This document shows positions 34,561 to 46,175 of a stretch of DNA of 64,000 nt, piece after piece. The stretch covers positions 186,001-250,000 of the forward strand of contig BAAIJX010000026.1 in the NCBI GenBank assembly GCA_054600435.1, read 5' to 3'. The position numbers and the translations under genes are program-made. The notes under the pieces are model-generated. The model was not told the origin of the DNA and searched no databases. It worked only from the letters and a program-made list of their open reading frames with translations. The DNA comes from Neophaeotheca triangularis. Taxonomy: Eukaryota. Position 1 is the stretch's first letter. Every line of letters starts with the position of its first letter.

Positions 34561-37119
34561 ATGATTTCACACACGTTCTTGGTTGCCGGAGACGTCTCCT
34601 GCGACTATCTCATCTATTCCATGTCACCATACCCAACTCTGCAGGGTTTCAGACATTCCTCGGAATCTGAATCTACGCAGCTCGCTGTCAGACTCGGCGG
34701 CGCTTCTTTGGTGGCGCAGCTACTCACCGCTGGCGCTTCACAATGGGGGTTTGAAGTCAAAGAGCCCTGTGTTGATCGGTCAAATTCTTGCCTCCGAGAT
34801 ACTGCGTCCTCTATCATTGATCTTCACTGGAATTACTCCAAGCAAGCACAGCCAGTTTTTCAAGTCACTGGCCAGCGTCACGTGGATAAGACTTGTGTCT
34901 GGCATTCACCACGATTAGATCACTCGTCACCAGCTTCACCAAACACAGTTGTGATTACAGGCTCCAGTGACTCCTTCGAGGACGTCGAGCCGGCGTTGGA
35001 TTTCTTGCAACGTGCGCAGCCGACTTACATCGTCCACCACATGACTCGACCTCTAGCTATTGGACGTTTGTGGGATCTCATCAGAAATGGACCCTTGACG
35101 AGCAACAAAGTGCCCGTGCCCGAGAACCTTGTCGTTATCGTCGACGCCGACGACCTACGAAGTGAAGGTATCACCTTGAGCGAGTCGTTATCTTGGGAAG
35201 CCACAGCAGAGGATTTTGTTCGAAATTTGGGATCAAACGGCCGGCTTGATACTCTTGCGACTTGCCCCAACCTCGTCGTTAGATTTGGCTCACAAGGAGT
35301 GATTCACCACCAGGGACGCGCCGCCTACGATCCAGTACTGTACTTCAACCCTAGGGAGACCGAAGTGAGCAGGAATCAACATTCGGCCAGGAAGTGTGTC
35401 ATTGGGTCTACCCCTGCGTTTGTTGCGGGCTTCTCTATGGGATTTGCAGACTCTGGGCCGCCAAGTAGCGATCGAGGCATCAAAACAGGCCTTGCAGTAG
35501 CGCAGCGATTCGTCGAATTGGGGTTCGTTCCCAACCCGCAAAACCACTCACCCGAGTACCCTGCAGCACAAGTCATGGATGGCTCAATGGACGACAATCG
35601 CTTCACAAGCGTTCGGATACCGTCAGCTCGCATCAGCTCGGGAGACAGCTGGTCGATATTCGAGGCCGTCACAGGTGACCCAGCAGAGATTGCCCGCCAA
35701 ATTGTTGTGCAAGGCGAAGAAAAGACGCTCGCGCAATGTCCAATCACGCGATACGGTGAACTCAGCAGTATCGACCGTACGGAGCAAGAGAATCTCGGAG
35801 CAGTCTCTGCAATCGTGCTAGAACGAATAGCCTCCCAAATCCCTCAGCCAACGTGTATCGGTGTGTTCGGACCGCCAGGGTCAGGGAAGAAGTTCATGAC
35901 GGCCAACCTTGTGAAGCATTTTGGAGCCGATACTAGCTTCGAGCACTTGACAGTGGACTGCCACACACTTGAAGCACAAAGGTTGATTGATATTTGGCAT
36001 ACGATTCGGGACAACACCGTCCTTGGGATACACACTGCTGTCTCTTTTGCAGGCTTTGAGGCTTTGCTTGCCTCTGATGGCCCCCTGATGAATGACATTA
36101 CCAGAGTCATGCGAGACGGTACATTCTCCGATCAAGGTCAGGCACGGAGTACTGGGCCCGCGATCCTGTTTCTCCTCGTCGACCAAAACACGCCGCCTTC
36201 AGATGCTGTCCCAACCCCTTCGCGCACGACATTCGCAGAAACGCCAGTGGTAGACGACTCCCGAATAGTGAATTCACTCCACGGCATCATCCGCACGAGC
36301 GGCCCCAATGAGCAAGCAGAGAACGACCGCATGTTCCCCGTAAGGCGTGCTATAGTCATTCGACGCCTACTCCTCCAACACCACCCCCACCTCAGAATCA
36401 ACGGCAATATCAACATCGACGAAGCCGTCCTCCACGCCCTGCTCCTCGTACCACGCTACAAACACGGCAACCGATCCCTATCCAAAATCATCAGCACCAG
36501 CCGCCTCTCCGGCCGCACCAAATTCGACGTCTCCGCCCTCCCCCCCGAAGAGCAAATCCAACTCCACGTCGACGGCAAAACCTTCATGTCCTACCTGCGC
36601 GCCCCAAAGCTCCCACCCGCCCTCCGCGAAACTCTAGCCATGGGCATGTACGAAGTCTACAAAACACAACGCCACGCCATGGCCACAGCGACCGAGCGCG
36701 AGCAGCTCGCCACCGACCACTCCATCTGCGACTGGGACGACCTAGCCGGCGAGCTGAAAGAATCCACGCGCGCGCAAGCCGACGACATCCCCCGCAAACT
36801 GCGCGCGATTGGGTGTTTTATGCTCAACGAGGACCGCTCGGCGCCGCTGGTGCGCGTGCGCGCTTTCGAGCCCGCCGACCTGTTGATGTTGAGCGAGATG
36901 GAGCACGAGCGGTTCAATGCCGAGAGATTGCAGCGGCAGTGGAGGATGGGTCCCCGCGCGCCCAGGCAGCGGACTACGCCGTTTCTCGTCCCCTGGAGGG
37001 ATTTGGAGCAGAAGTGGAAGGATGTTGATACGGTGATGGTCGAGGTTGTGCCGAGGATTTTGGACGGTGCTGGGTGGAGGATTTATAAGATGCAGGATAG
37101 TGGGAAGGCGAATGGGTGA
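34561..37119 (+). CDS. Multi-domain protein: PfkB/ribokinase-like N-terminus, P-loop NTPase-like domain, C-terminal RyR (ryanodine receptor repeat) domain
   Basis: 852-aa ORF. FLVAGDVSCD...GGASLV N-terminus; IGVFGPPGSGK; YKHGNRSL; RyR motifs WDDL..ELKESTR, LSEMEHERFNAER..QW..G, PFLVPWRDL...KDVD. The PfkB-like assignment is the weakest. Confidence 0.8.
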   Translation: MISHTFLVAGDVSCDYLIYSMSPYPTLQGFRHSSESESTQLAVRLGGASLVAQLLTAGASQWGFEVKEPCVDRSNSCLRDTASSIIDLHWNYSKQAQPVFQVTGQRHVDKTCVWHSPRLDHSSPASPNTVVITGSSDSFEDVEPALDFLQRAQPTYIVHHMTRPLAIGRLWDLIRNGPLTSNKVPVPENLVVIVDADDLRSEGITLSESLSWEATAEDFVRNLGSNGRLDTLATCPNLVVRFGSQGVIHHQGRAAYDPVLYFNPRETEVSRNQHSARKCVIGSTPAFVAGFSMGFADSGPPSSDRGIKTGLAVAQRFVELGFVPNPQNHSPEYPAAQVMDGSMDDNRFTSVRIPSARISSGDSWSIFEAVTGDPAEIARQIVVQGEEKTLAQCPITRYGELSSIDRTEQENLGAVSAIVLERIASQIPQPTCIGVFGPPGSGKKFMTANLVKHFGADTSFEHLTVDCHTLEAQRLIDIWHTIRDNTVLGIHTAVSFAGFEALLASDGPLMNDITRVMRDGTFSDQGQARSTGPAILFLLVDQNTPPSDAVPTPSRTTFAETPVVDDSRIVNSLHGIIRTSGPNEQAENDRMFPVRRAIVIRRLLLQHHPHLRINGNINIDEAVLHALLLVPRYKHGNRSLSKIISTSRLSGRTKFDVSALPPEEQIQLHVDGKTFMSYLRAPKLPPALRETLAMGMYEVYKTQRHAMATATEREQLATDHSICDWDDLAGELKESTRAQADDIPRKLRAIGCFMLNEDRSAPLVRVRAFEPADLLMLSEMEHERFNAERLQRQWRMGPRAPRQRTTPFLVPWRDLEQKWKDVDTVMVEVVPRILDGAGWRIYKMQDSGKANG

Positions 37120-37520
37120 CTGGGGGCCTAAGGGGTGGTCGTAGTATTGTTGTATGGGTGGTAGGTCTTACATGAAGATGGGTTTATCCACCTCTTTCTG
37201 GATTCTCTTCGATTCTCTTTGATTGACTGCCGAATATCTCACGCTTGTCTCTGCTTTCACATTGCAATCACAGTATGAAGAACCCGACAGCTCCAAGAGC
37301 CAGCAAAGTGCACGCAATAAAGTCTGAAAAAGAAATCATGCTGTTACACATTGGTATCTCGAACATCCAGTCTCGAAGAATTCAGCGAACAGGCAGGCGC
37401 CAAGCATCATAACTACTCTCAGCCCACGCAGCGCCAAAATAACCATTGTACAAAAGCTCCCACGCACTCCACATTACCCAAGACCGCATCACACGACAAT
37501 CTCCCCTAGATTGTCTCTCT

Positions 37521-38552
37521 CTACAAAGCGAAAACAGCAACACCGGCAGCGACCACGAGCCCGGCGAAGCTAGCAGTAGCAGTCAAACCGCTAGCGGCGC
37601 CCTCGCTCGGCTCACCGGACTGGGTAGGGCCGGCGGCATCGCCGTCGAAAGTCGGCGCGGCGGTAGCAGTGGTCCTCAGGCTCGAGGGCACCGTCATGGA
37701 GCCGGTGGGCTTGATGACGGTCGTGCCGTTGCCGGGCATGTAGGGAGCGGAGGGCGCGCCGGTGCCCACAATGGGGCCGACGGTGGTTTTCTGGCTCTCG
37801 GGCGCTACCGGGGTTTCGGCCGCGCTGGTCTCGGCGGCGGGGCTGTCGGTTTGGGAGACCTGGTCCATGGGCTTGGTGACGGTGCAGGGGCAGTCGGTGA
37901 TGGTGAGGGTTGTGGCTGAGCTGACGGTGTAGGTTTGGTTGTTCATGGCGAAGCTGGTGGGCTCGGGGCAGTAGGTTGTGTAGGCGGTGACGACTTCGGT
38001 GGTCCAGTGGATGGGTTCGGTGGCGTTGCCGGTGGTGGCCGGGGCCGAGGCGCTCATGGTTGGGTTCTCGTAGTCGACGGGCGCGACGGGAGTGCTGCTA
38101 CTGGGGGTGCCGGCGGCGGTGACGGTAGGGGTGCTGCTCGAGGTCGTGGCCATGGACGGGTCGTAATCAGGGTTCTCGATGCCGAACTGGGTGGTGTATT
38201 GGTACTGACCAGTCTCGTCGTCAATGAGCTGGATGCCGTAGCCACGTGTGCCAGTAGGCTCGAGGTCGCTGCTGGGGGTCCAGGCGTAGGAGCCGTTGTT
38301 TTCAGCACCCTCGACGATGGCGTATTGAGGTATCGCGTTTTCAGACGGGCCCTTGAGGAGGACCAGGGTCACAGTTCCTTCGGTCGTGGGGTCCCAGACG
38401 ATGGTGTAGGGTGTACCAACGGGGACGATCTCGCCCAAGCCTGGGTTGTAGATTGGGTTGCCCTCGGGCTCGTCGCCAACAGGCTGGGTCCATGCGGCAG
38501 CAAACGGCGCGATGGCGGCGATGGCGGCGGTGAAGGTTGTGAAAGCGTACAT
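37521..38552 (-). CDS. Kre9/Knh1-like Ser/Thr-rich GPI-anchored cell wall protein
   Basis: Signal peptide, GNPIYNPG...YTIVWDPT...NNGSYAWTP...[16 protein letters not shown]...TITDCPCT repeat, hydrophobic GPI signal. Confidence 0.88.
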   Translation of the reverse strand: MYAFTTFTAAIAAIAPFAAAWTQPVGDEPEGNPIYNPGLGEIVPVGTPYTIVWDPTTEGTVTLVLLKGPSENAIPQYAIVEGAENNGSYAWTPSSDLEPTGTRGYGIQLIDDETGQYQYTTQFGIENPDYDPSMATTSSSTPTVTAAGTPSSSTPVAPVDYENPTMSASAPATTGNATEPIHWTTEVVTAYTTYCPEPTSFAMNNQTYTVSSATTLTITDCPCTVTKPMDQVSQTDSPAAETSAAETPVAPESQKTTVGPIVGTGAPSAPYMPGNGTTVIKPTGSMTVPSSLRTTATAAPTFDGDAAGPTQSGEPSEGAASGLTATASFAGLVVAAGVAVFAL

Positions 38553-39996
38553 GTTTCTCGTTCGTTGCGCGGGTTTGGAGAATTGACTTAATTTACAGTG
38601 TTGTATCAGTAGTGTCGAAAAGAGCGACTAAGGTCCAAAGACGTGGTGTTTGGTGATGAATGAATGACTGAGGATAGTGCTCCCCTACTGTGATGCTGCT
38701 GCTACGTGAAGCTGACAAGAGTGCGAAAGAACGAACAAGGCGCGGCGAGGGAGAAGATAGAGGAGGTCGGAGGTCGAAACGGAGCCCACATTCTGTACAC
38801 AGAGCACGGTCCATAGAAGTAAAGGGGTCTGGCTCATTGGGGTTTTGCGAAGGAAGCGCGTTCAGGCGCTAAAGATAATCTTGCGGCGCAGAATATGGAG
38901 AGAAAGGCCAGTGCTTGGCCAGTGGCAAGGCATAAACTACGCCACGATGCCATATCGAGTGTTAGTGTGGCATCAAATTGAGGTTCGTAGGATTCAGGGG
39001 GTCGGTCGGTTTGCTCTTCGGCTCTCTCGGCTCCAAATCGCAATTTCGGGTAAACAAAACGCTCAGGGTTGGTGAAATCCTTCGAACTCTGGAATGAAGG
39101 GCCGGCTGAGAAAAGTGCATACCTAGCATACTTTTTGATTCTTTCGAGATCTGAAACCATCACATAAGTTTTTTAGATGTTAGCAAACTTGACCAAACTT
39201 CATGCGAGGTTTCCCTTTCACGACAGTCGGCGGGAAAGAGGCGAAAAACAAGCGGAACCGAAGTTAAGCGCGCTAATTAGCATGCCTCAGGCATCAGAAT
39301 CACATCTCGCAGGCGATCCAACCCACTCGGGCGAAGAAAGAAGGGGGACGCGGGACGACTACTCGGTATCCCACTGCTACGTGCTAACTCCCGTGCGGGC
39401 TGATGCTATCATGTTACCCTTCAAAGCACAGTCTTATGCGAAGTGGCGGAGGAAGGCCCAACGGTCTTAACCTCTCACCTAGAGTAGTTATCGGACTTTC
39501 AACTCAAGTTGAGTAGCTACTGCGGGAAGAACGAAGAAGTACATGGATTAGTTAAGCATGGGCGTCTCGGGCAACTTCCATTTCCTTTCTGCTCGAGACC
39601 TGATATTAGCCGTAAGGGGAGTTGCTAGATTGGTGATGGCTGCTTAGGATAATAGTCAAGAGGTGAAAAGGAGGTATTATCACAACCTAGAGGTTGAAGT
39701 AGCTCATTAGCACGGACCGGTGAGATAGAGAACAATCATTCCCAGAAAGTTCCTAGAAAGGAATGGTTTGACAAGATGGGTCATTGGTGAACAGTATTTT
39801 CAGTGTACTTTTCGAATCAAATCTTCCCGAGCATGTTGAAGACCTAGCAGCAACGAGGGTATCCTTAAGATAAGCATTGATGCGCGGCAGCGACACAATC
39901 TCTCTAACCAACTCTCTTGTCGTTCGTTAATCATGAAAAAAACCCCCCTTCTTTCGTGTCCTGTTCTGCCCTGTCTCATCCCAACCTAACAATCAT

Positions 39997-41411
39997 CTAC
40001 CCACAAACACCCCAATCTGAAGAATCAAGTTAGCAGCGACTCTCAACGAAGAAGACCAAGTCAAAAGCAACTCACCATACGAGCCCAACGGCTGTTTGAT
40101 AAGACCCTCGTTCACGAGATCCCGGAAATGCCATTCGGGAGCAGCCTCGTTCTTCCAGGTCCAGAAGATCCAGCCCTCGGCCTTCTCATAGCCAACCATT
40201 TGAGCATTGATGTAGGCGGCGATGTCCCTCTTCTTGTCGGCGCTGAGGCCTCGGACGGAGTTTGAGAACACCCCGTCACACGAGCCAATGTAGTAGGAGT
40301 CGACGCCACGGAAGTTGAAAGTCCCGTCGAACCTAGCGCCAATGCCGCGACCGTTGAGCCACTTTGCGCAGTCGGTCATGGCGCCGGACCACTCGCCGCT
40401 GATGGTCCAGTGGGGGCTGGCGGTCATCTGGTTGCCGAAACCGCACACGGAGCCGAGATGCTGGTCGAGGCTCATCTCCAATTGCCCAGAGCTGAAGACT
40501 TCGTAGTGGTGAGTGTCTAGAAGGAGGTTTGAGAGGCCGCGGCCCCAGTCGTTCCACTTCTCGATGCCGAGGAAGCCGTCGGAGAAGGTGACGGCGACGT
40601 CAGAGTTCTGGAGCTCGCCCCAGCCGTCGTAGTAGAATTGTTGTAGGGTGTTGAAATCTACTTGTGGGCCCATGGGTTCGTTGACGAGTTCGATGGCCAC
40701 AACGGCGGGATGGGAAGCGTGGTCGTCGCGGATGGTGGTGATGGCTCTGAGAGTCTCTTGCACAGTGTTGTCCTGGGTCCACCTGACGTCGGCGCGTTGG
40801 CCGCTGTTGTCAAAACCGTTTTGAGAACCTGGGGCACCGTGGAGATCGATCATGACTTTGATGCCGTGGTCGTTGGCCCAGTCGAGGGCCTGTCCGAGGT
40901 ATTTGTATGCGCCTTGTACGTAGGGGTCTTGACCTCGTGGTGCCATCGCCCAGTAGCCAATTGGTATTCTTGCTAGGTTGATGCCTTTAGACTTCATGTC
41001 ACCAAAGTCATCGTAGGTGATGAAGCTGCTCCAGTGGTTCTCGAGCCGTCGTCGAGCTTCCTCCTTGCCGAGAACCTCGCAGTATGTGTATTCATCTACT
41101 ACATTGTCTGGTGTTGCCTCAAAGATCGAAGGGCTGCCTTATGTTAGTCTACGTACAGGTGAGCCACCCCACGAGCGACCTACGTGATCCATGGCTCAAG
41201 CAGAAGCCAACCCCCAAGGTTAACACCTCGTACTCTGTCAAGTGGTTAGCACCATGCAAGCTCGAAGTGACTTGATAAAGCAGACGCACTTGTCTTGATC
41301 AAAGTTGAAACCCAAATCTCTCTTTTGAATCGTCGAAATAGGCGCCGGCGCCGCATCCACAACGGATGCCAGGAGAGCTGCAAGAGCAGAGAAAGATATA
41401 GAGAAGAGCAT
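39997..41411 (-). CDS. EXG1: GH5 exo-beta-1,3-glucanase
   Basis: Introns 41235-41289, 41134-41183, 40017-40075; [71 protein letters not shown]. Confidence 0.95.
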
Positions 41412-43058
41412 GTTGACTGCTCTTGGAGTTTTGAAGGTATATTACAGTAGCTCAGAGTTGCACCGGGGCACAGCCCTACAGGTTTTGATTTTCAAAAGTG
41501 TTTGGAACTTGAACAATCTTGAGACTGCAAAACCACTTACCTTTGCGGCCGGGAGGGCGCAGGACGTGGTTATAAGGACGATCTGCCCATGACACGCGAC
41601 GTGTTTCGGACAAACAAAAGATGGCCGACTTCATGGGTCACTGGCATGGGTTCCCTATCCTGCGGGAGATTCTGCGGTTGCCATGGCGCATTTCCTCGCG
41701 CGTGTGACCGTGGAGAGTCAGCGACTCAGCGTGGTGCAGGCTAGCGACCATGTCCTGTGCTTAGGAAAAGCGTCAAAGGCGAAGATCGCCGACGACTTGA
41801 GCTGTACAACGAAGCTCTATGGTTACTATGGTATAGCGTGTCAAGAAGGTCGGCTCGGCAGGGTCCTGTCTCCTGTGAAGGTTGCGGGTTGAAACAGCCT
41901 GACCAGGATGACGGCTGTGGCTCTCTCAGGCACCGTTTGCTATTGGTCCCGGGTTTGATTAAGCAGTTCTGCAGGTGTTGCAGGTGCATTATTAATGTTC
42001 TGTAACTAGGTTTGGTTTTCTGGAGTTCGCTCGGCGTTCCTAGGTAGTAGTAACTACTAGTAACTGATAGTTAACTACCACTGTGATATGTACAGTATGT
42101 GAAGATGGGTTTTGCAAATGCCATATTGGGCAAAGGTAGGTGGTCTTCACAGCCATCCACTGCTTGGGACGTGGTTTGGATTGGCCAACAAGGTACAAGC
42201 TCATCAGTCGCGAGAAGCAACGACTCTGACGCTACCGAGGTAGAAAAAGTCATCGGAATGTGATGATCAGGCAAAACGATCAAAACAAGCTGGGCGATCG
42301 CCGTCCGTCACTGGTCACAACTACCTAGGTATACTTCAACCCGGTATCGAACGAATCGTGAAGCAGGAGAGCAGCAGAACAAGAAAGCCTAAGGTACGAA
42401 GATATCCGAAGCCTTTGCGGCGTTGTGCCGTTCATCAGCCTAACGTTACCTAGGTAGTAGGTATGTACAGTAGTATACCATAGGTAGCGGAGCGGACTCG
42501 CTTCCGGTTCTCCCCACAGCGCTTGGTGTAAGGTATGGATACCTTATTCCAGGTCATTACGTGGACGGTATACCCCGCGAGATCGTCACTTGGGCCGTCA
42601 TGCGCGTTTTCTCATTCTCAATCTTTTGCCGGTGTCGGCGCCATCATAACAATCTTCTCGCACCTCCTGACCTGTACCAACGGCTAGTATGCGTTGGTTT
42701 GTGTCGCGGAAGGTCACACGCCCACGCAATAATACTCCAAAGAGTCGGCAGCGTGACCGCGCAGAGCATCATCGTTACGGATACCTAGTTGCTGGCGAGT
42801 TGTAAGTCTCCCCGACGACTGGATGAGCGTCCGGAAAGGTCGTCAGAGGCGTTGTGGTAGGAGAATCACGTTGTGTTACGGTATTACTTTCTACATGTGT
42901 GTTGATGGGATGTATGAGGTAACGCGAGCATCGTGAACGCCACGAGAGCATGCTTCCGGAAAGCGCCCCGACAAACGTCCCTCGTTCTACAGCATTCTGT
43001 ACCATGGCCGTTTTCAGAACTTCGGCTTCCGATTTACCACGGTCGATAACGACATATT

Positions 43059-44263
43059 CTATCTCTCCAACGGCGAAACCGTAGGGTCCCAAGTACACGA
43101 CTCATACTTTGTCGTATGCAGGCTCTTCATGTCTTCAGCGTCCAACTCGAAGTCGTAGAGCTTCGCATTCTCCTCGATCCTAGACTTTGTCTCAGATTTC
43201 GGTAAAATCACAAAGCCCTTCTGCAAGCCCCAACGGAGCAGGATCTGGGCGGGCGTCTTGTTATGCTTCTTCGCCAAGGGCTGTAGCATCGGATCGTCCA
43301 TTCTGGTCGAGCGTACTAGGGGCGAGTATGCCTCCAGCACGACGCCTCGCTGCTCGCACCAGGAAACGATGTCTTGACGCGCCAACCAGGGGTGCAGCTC
43401 GACTTGGTTCACGGAGAGCACGCCTGCTTTCTCATTGGATGGTTGTTGCTGAAGGAATTGTTAGTGACCAGACGCCAGCAGGTTGTCAGGCTCAGCAAAC
43501 CTTTTGCCACTCCTCAAGCTCATTCAGATGATGAACACCATAGTTGCTCACGCCAATGCTCCTCACCTTCCCGGCCTCAGCAGCTTCAACCAGCGCCTTC
43601 CACGCACCCAGCCGACCTTCCTTGCCGCCGAAAGGCGCGTGCAGGAGATACAGGTCAAAGTAGCCTAATCCCGTCTTCTGCAGACTTGTGTCGATGGCGT
43701 TCTTTGCTCCCTCGTAGTTAATAGATCCTGATGGCACCTTGGAGGTGAAGAAGAGCTCCTCACGAGGAATCTTTGATTTTAGCATCCCGGCTGCTGAAGG
43801 GCCTTCGTTACGGTATACTGTGGCACTGTCGACGTGTCGGTAGCCGGATTTGATGGCATGGTCTGTCACGTCTTCTGCGACGTTTGCCGGGCTGTACAGG
43901 GTTAGTGACTAGCTTGATGGAATATGAGGCTGGCAGTCATACGTTTGGTATACTCCTGTGTTGCATTTGATGTCAGTGTATCGTCTCCCACCGTACTTCG
44001 ATTGTCAGGGTGAGAGTTGGGGAGGGGAGACTGAGCCGTTGCAATGGCAACCTCCAGCTCGAATCGACCGTAAACCGTCCCCCACTCGACGATGGGTGCG
44101 TTTCCTTACCGTATCCTAATCGAGGTATCTCGTAGCCTGAACTCATTCGAACCTTGGAGTTAATATCGAGCTTGGACATGGTGGCGGTTGCTGAGCTGAA
44201 CGTGCGTGAGTTCGGGGAGTTGAAGTGCTTCGAGATGCTTTGAATGCGTTGTGTTGCCTTCAT
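43059..44263 (-). CDS. Aldo-keto reductase
   Basis: IPRLGYGVYQTP across introns 43956-44109 and 43892-43942 (13-nt microexon); GYRHVDSA.VY, SIGVSNY, NQVELHPW, ILPKS; third intron about 43450-43500; alternative start 44179. Confidence 0.93.
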
Positions 44264-44624
44264 TGAACTTGACCACTCGCTATCCTCGTTATCGAATGGA
44301 AATGTAACACTGTCCAGTCAACACAATGTGAGTTCATCTTCCATTGTCAAGACCTTTCTAGGGCAAAAGGGCCCGCTTACATCATCAGCCCCCACCTTGA
44401 CGTTGGGCAGTGAATGATTTCCCCCACTTCCCAAAGCGGCAGGCACGTCGTCAGTGAATCATAACAAAACATATTCTGGAGCTTACCTACACCGCACTGA
44501 GCTGGTCTCAATATACCTACGACTTCACGAACGACAAACTACAAGGCACAACTGTGTCTACAGATAGTCAACCTTCGGTCCACACACTACACCATCCCGA
44601 AGGCCAGGCACACTCACCAGCATC

Positions 44625-45878
44625 ATGCGTCTCATTCGCTCAGCAATAGAGCGCAAGACGGGCGAAGGAAGTGCCACACTTCTCCCTGAAGAACCAGAAG
44701 ACATGTGGCACGCCTACAACCTGATACGGCCCACCGACACCCTCCGCGCATCCGCCGTCCGCAAGATCACCACCGAATCCGCAACCGGCAGCACATCCAG
44801 CCAGCGAGTCCAAATGACCCTCACGATCCGCGTGACGCAGCTCGACTTCGATGCCCAAGCTTCACAACTCCACGTCAGTGGTCGTGTCAGTGAGGAAAAC
44901 AAGCATGTCAAGCTCGGGAGCCACCATACCCTCGACCTGGAACTGCAGAGAAATTTCACGCTGGAGAAGGCAGATGGCTGGGACACGATCGCTTTGGATA
45001 TCCTGAAAGAGTCTATCAACCAGGATGCGAAAGCAGAGCTGTGGGCGGTCGTGATGCAAGAAGGGCTGGCGAACATTGTCTTGATCACGGAGTACCAGAG
45101 GATACTGCGGCAGCGGATAGAGGTCAGCTTGCCGAAGAAGCGGGCAGGGAGTTCGGACCACGAGAAGAGACTGCAATCGTTCTTCCAGACGACGCTGGAC
45201 TCCCTGTTGAGACAGATCGATCTAAAAGACCCAAAGCCGCTACTACTCGCAAGCCCCGGTTTCACGGCCTCGACTTTCCAGAACTTCATCAAGACTCAAG
45301 CTTCCACAAAGGCGGACAAATTGCTCTCGCAGTTCATTCCCAAGATCACGGTCGCGCATTCTGCCAGTGGCCATCTGCACTCGCTCAGTGAAGTTCTTGC
45401 AAGCCCGGCCGTTACTTCGAGACTTTCGGACACGAAGTTTGTGCGGGAGACGCAACTCATAGATCGTTTCCTCGAGCTGCTGCGGGCGGACGACGCAAAA
45501 GCTTGGTACGGGCCGCGAGAGTGCGAGACGGCGGTTGAGCGGGGAGCAGTGGGCAAGGGTGGAGGCGTACTGATGATTTCGAACTCACTCTTCCGGAGCC
45601 AGGAGATCAAGGTGCGGCAGAGATGGGTCAAGCTGGTGGATGAGGTCAAGGACCAAGGCGGCGAGGTGAGAATACTGAGCAGTATGCATGAGAGCGGGAA
45701 GAGGCTGGAGGATCTAGGAGGCATTGCTGTGATTATGACATACCCCATTGAGGAGCTGGATGAGGAAGTGGGAGGCGAAGATGATGCTGGGGTTGACGGC
45801 GGGTACGATATGAATGGTATTAATGGGCGGAATGGGATAGAAGGGCGCCCTGATCCATACGAAGAGATAGAGATATGA
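44625..45878 (+). CDS. DOM34: Ribosome rescue factor Dom34/Pelota
   Basis: PEEPEDMWHAYNLI, HHTLDLEL, LASPGF, AWYGP, SSMHESGKRL..LGGIA. Confidence 0.97.
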   Translation: MRLIRSAIERKTGEGSATLLPEEPEDMWHAYNLIRPTDTLRASAVRKITTESATGSTSSQRVQMTLTIRVTQLDFDAQASQLHVSGRVSEENKHVKLGSHHTLDLELQRNFTLEKADGWDTIALDILKESINQDAKAELWAVVMQEGLANIVLITEYQRILRQRIEVSLPKKRAGSSDHEKRLQSFFQTTLDSLLRQIDLKDPKPLLLASPGFTASTFQNFIKTQASTKADKLLSQFIPKITVAHSASGHLHSLSEVLASPAVTSRLSDTKFVRETQLIDRFLELLRADDAKAWYGPRECETAVERGAVGKGGGVLMISNSLFRSQEIKVRQRWVKLVDEVKDQGGEVRILSSMHESGKRLEDLGGIAVIMTYPIEELDEEVGGEDDAGVDGGYDMNGINGRNGIEGRPDPYEEIEI

Positions 45879-46175
45879 CCTTATGATTGAAATGATATTC
45901 ACCTACGCTGTTTTCACTTGGGAGACTTGAAAATGGGCATTGAAGCGATAGCGCTGCAATATTCAGTTGATCCAAGAGATTTCATTTTTCAACAAAAATG
46001 TCGACGTGTTGCCTCTAACACTCACTCGTCAGCCCCTTTCCCCATCTCCTACACCTCTCATCCTCCCCTCACGCTCCATCCTGCCTAAAGGGGAAGTCGG
46101 ACCCGCTGCACTGCAGCTTCCAGCTATAACTTCCGAGCTCGGCATTGGCTCCACTCTAAAGAACGACTTCACAAC

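Noticed and set aside
27588..37119. Starship or other mobile element carrying the three-gene block
   Set aside because: No tyrosine-recombinase captain, transposase, terminal repeats or split 5S target visible in the window.
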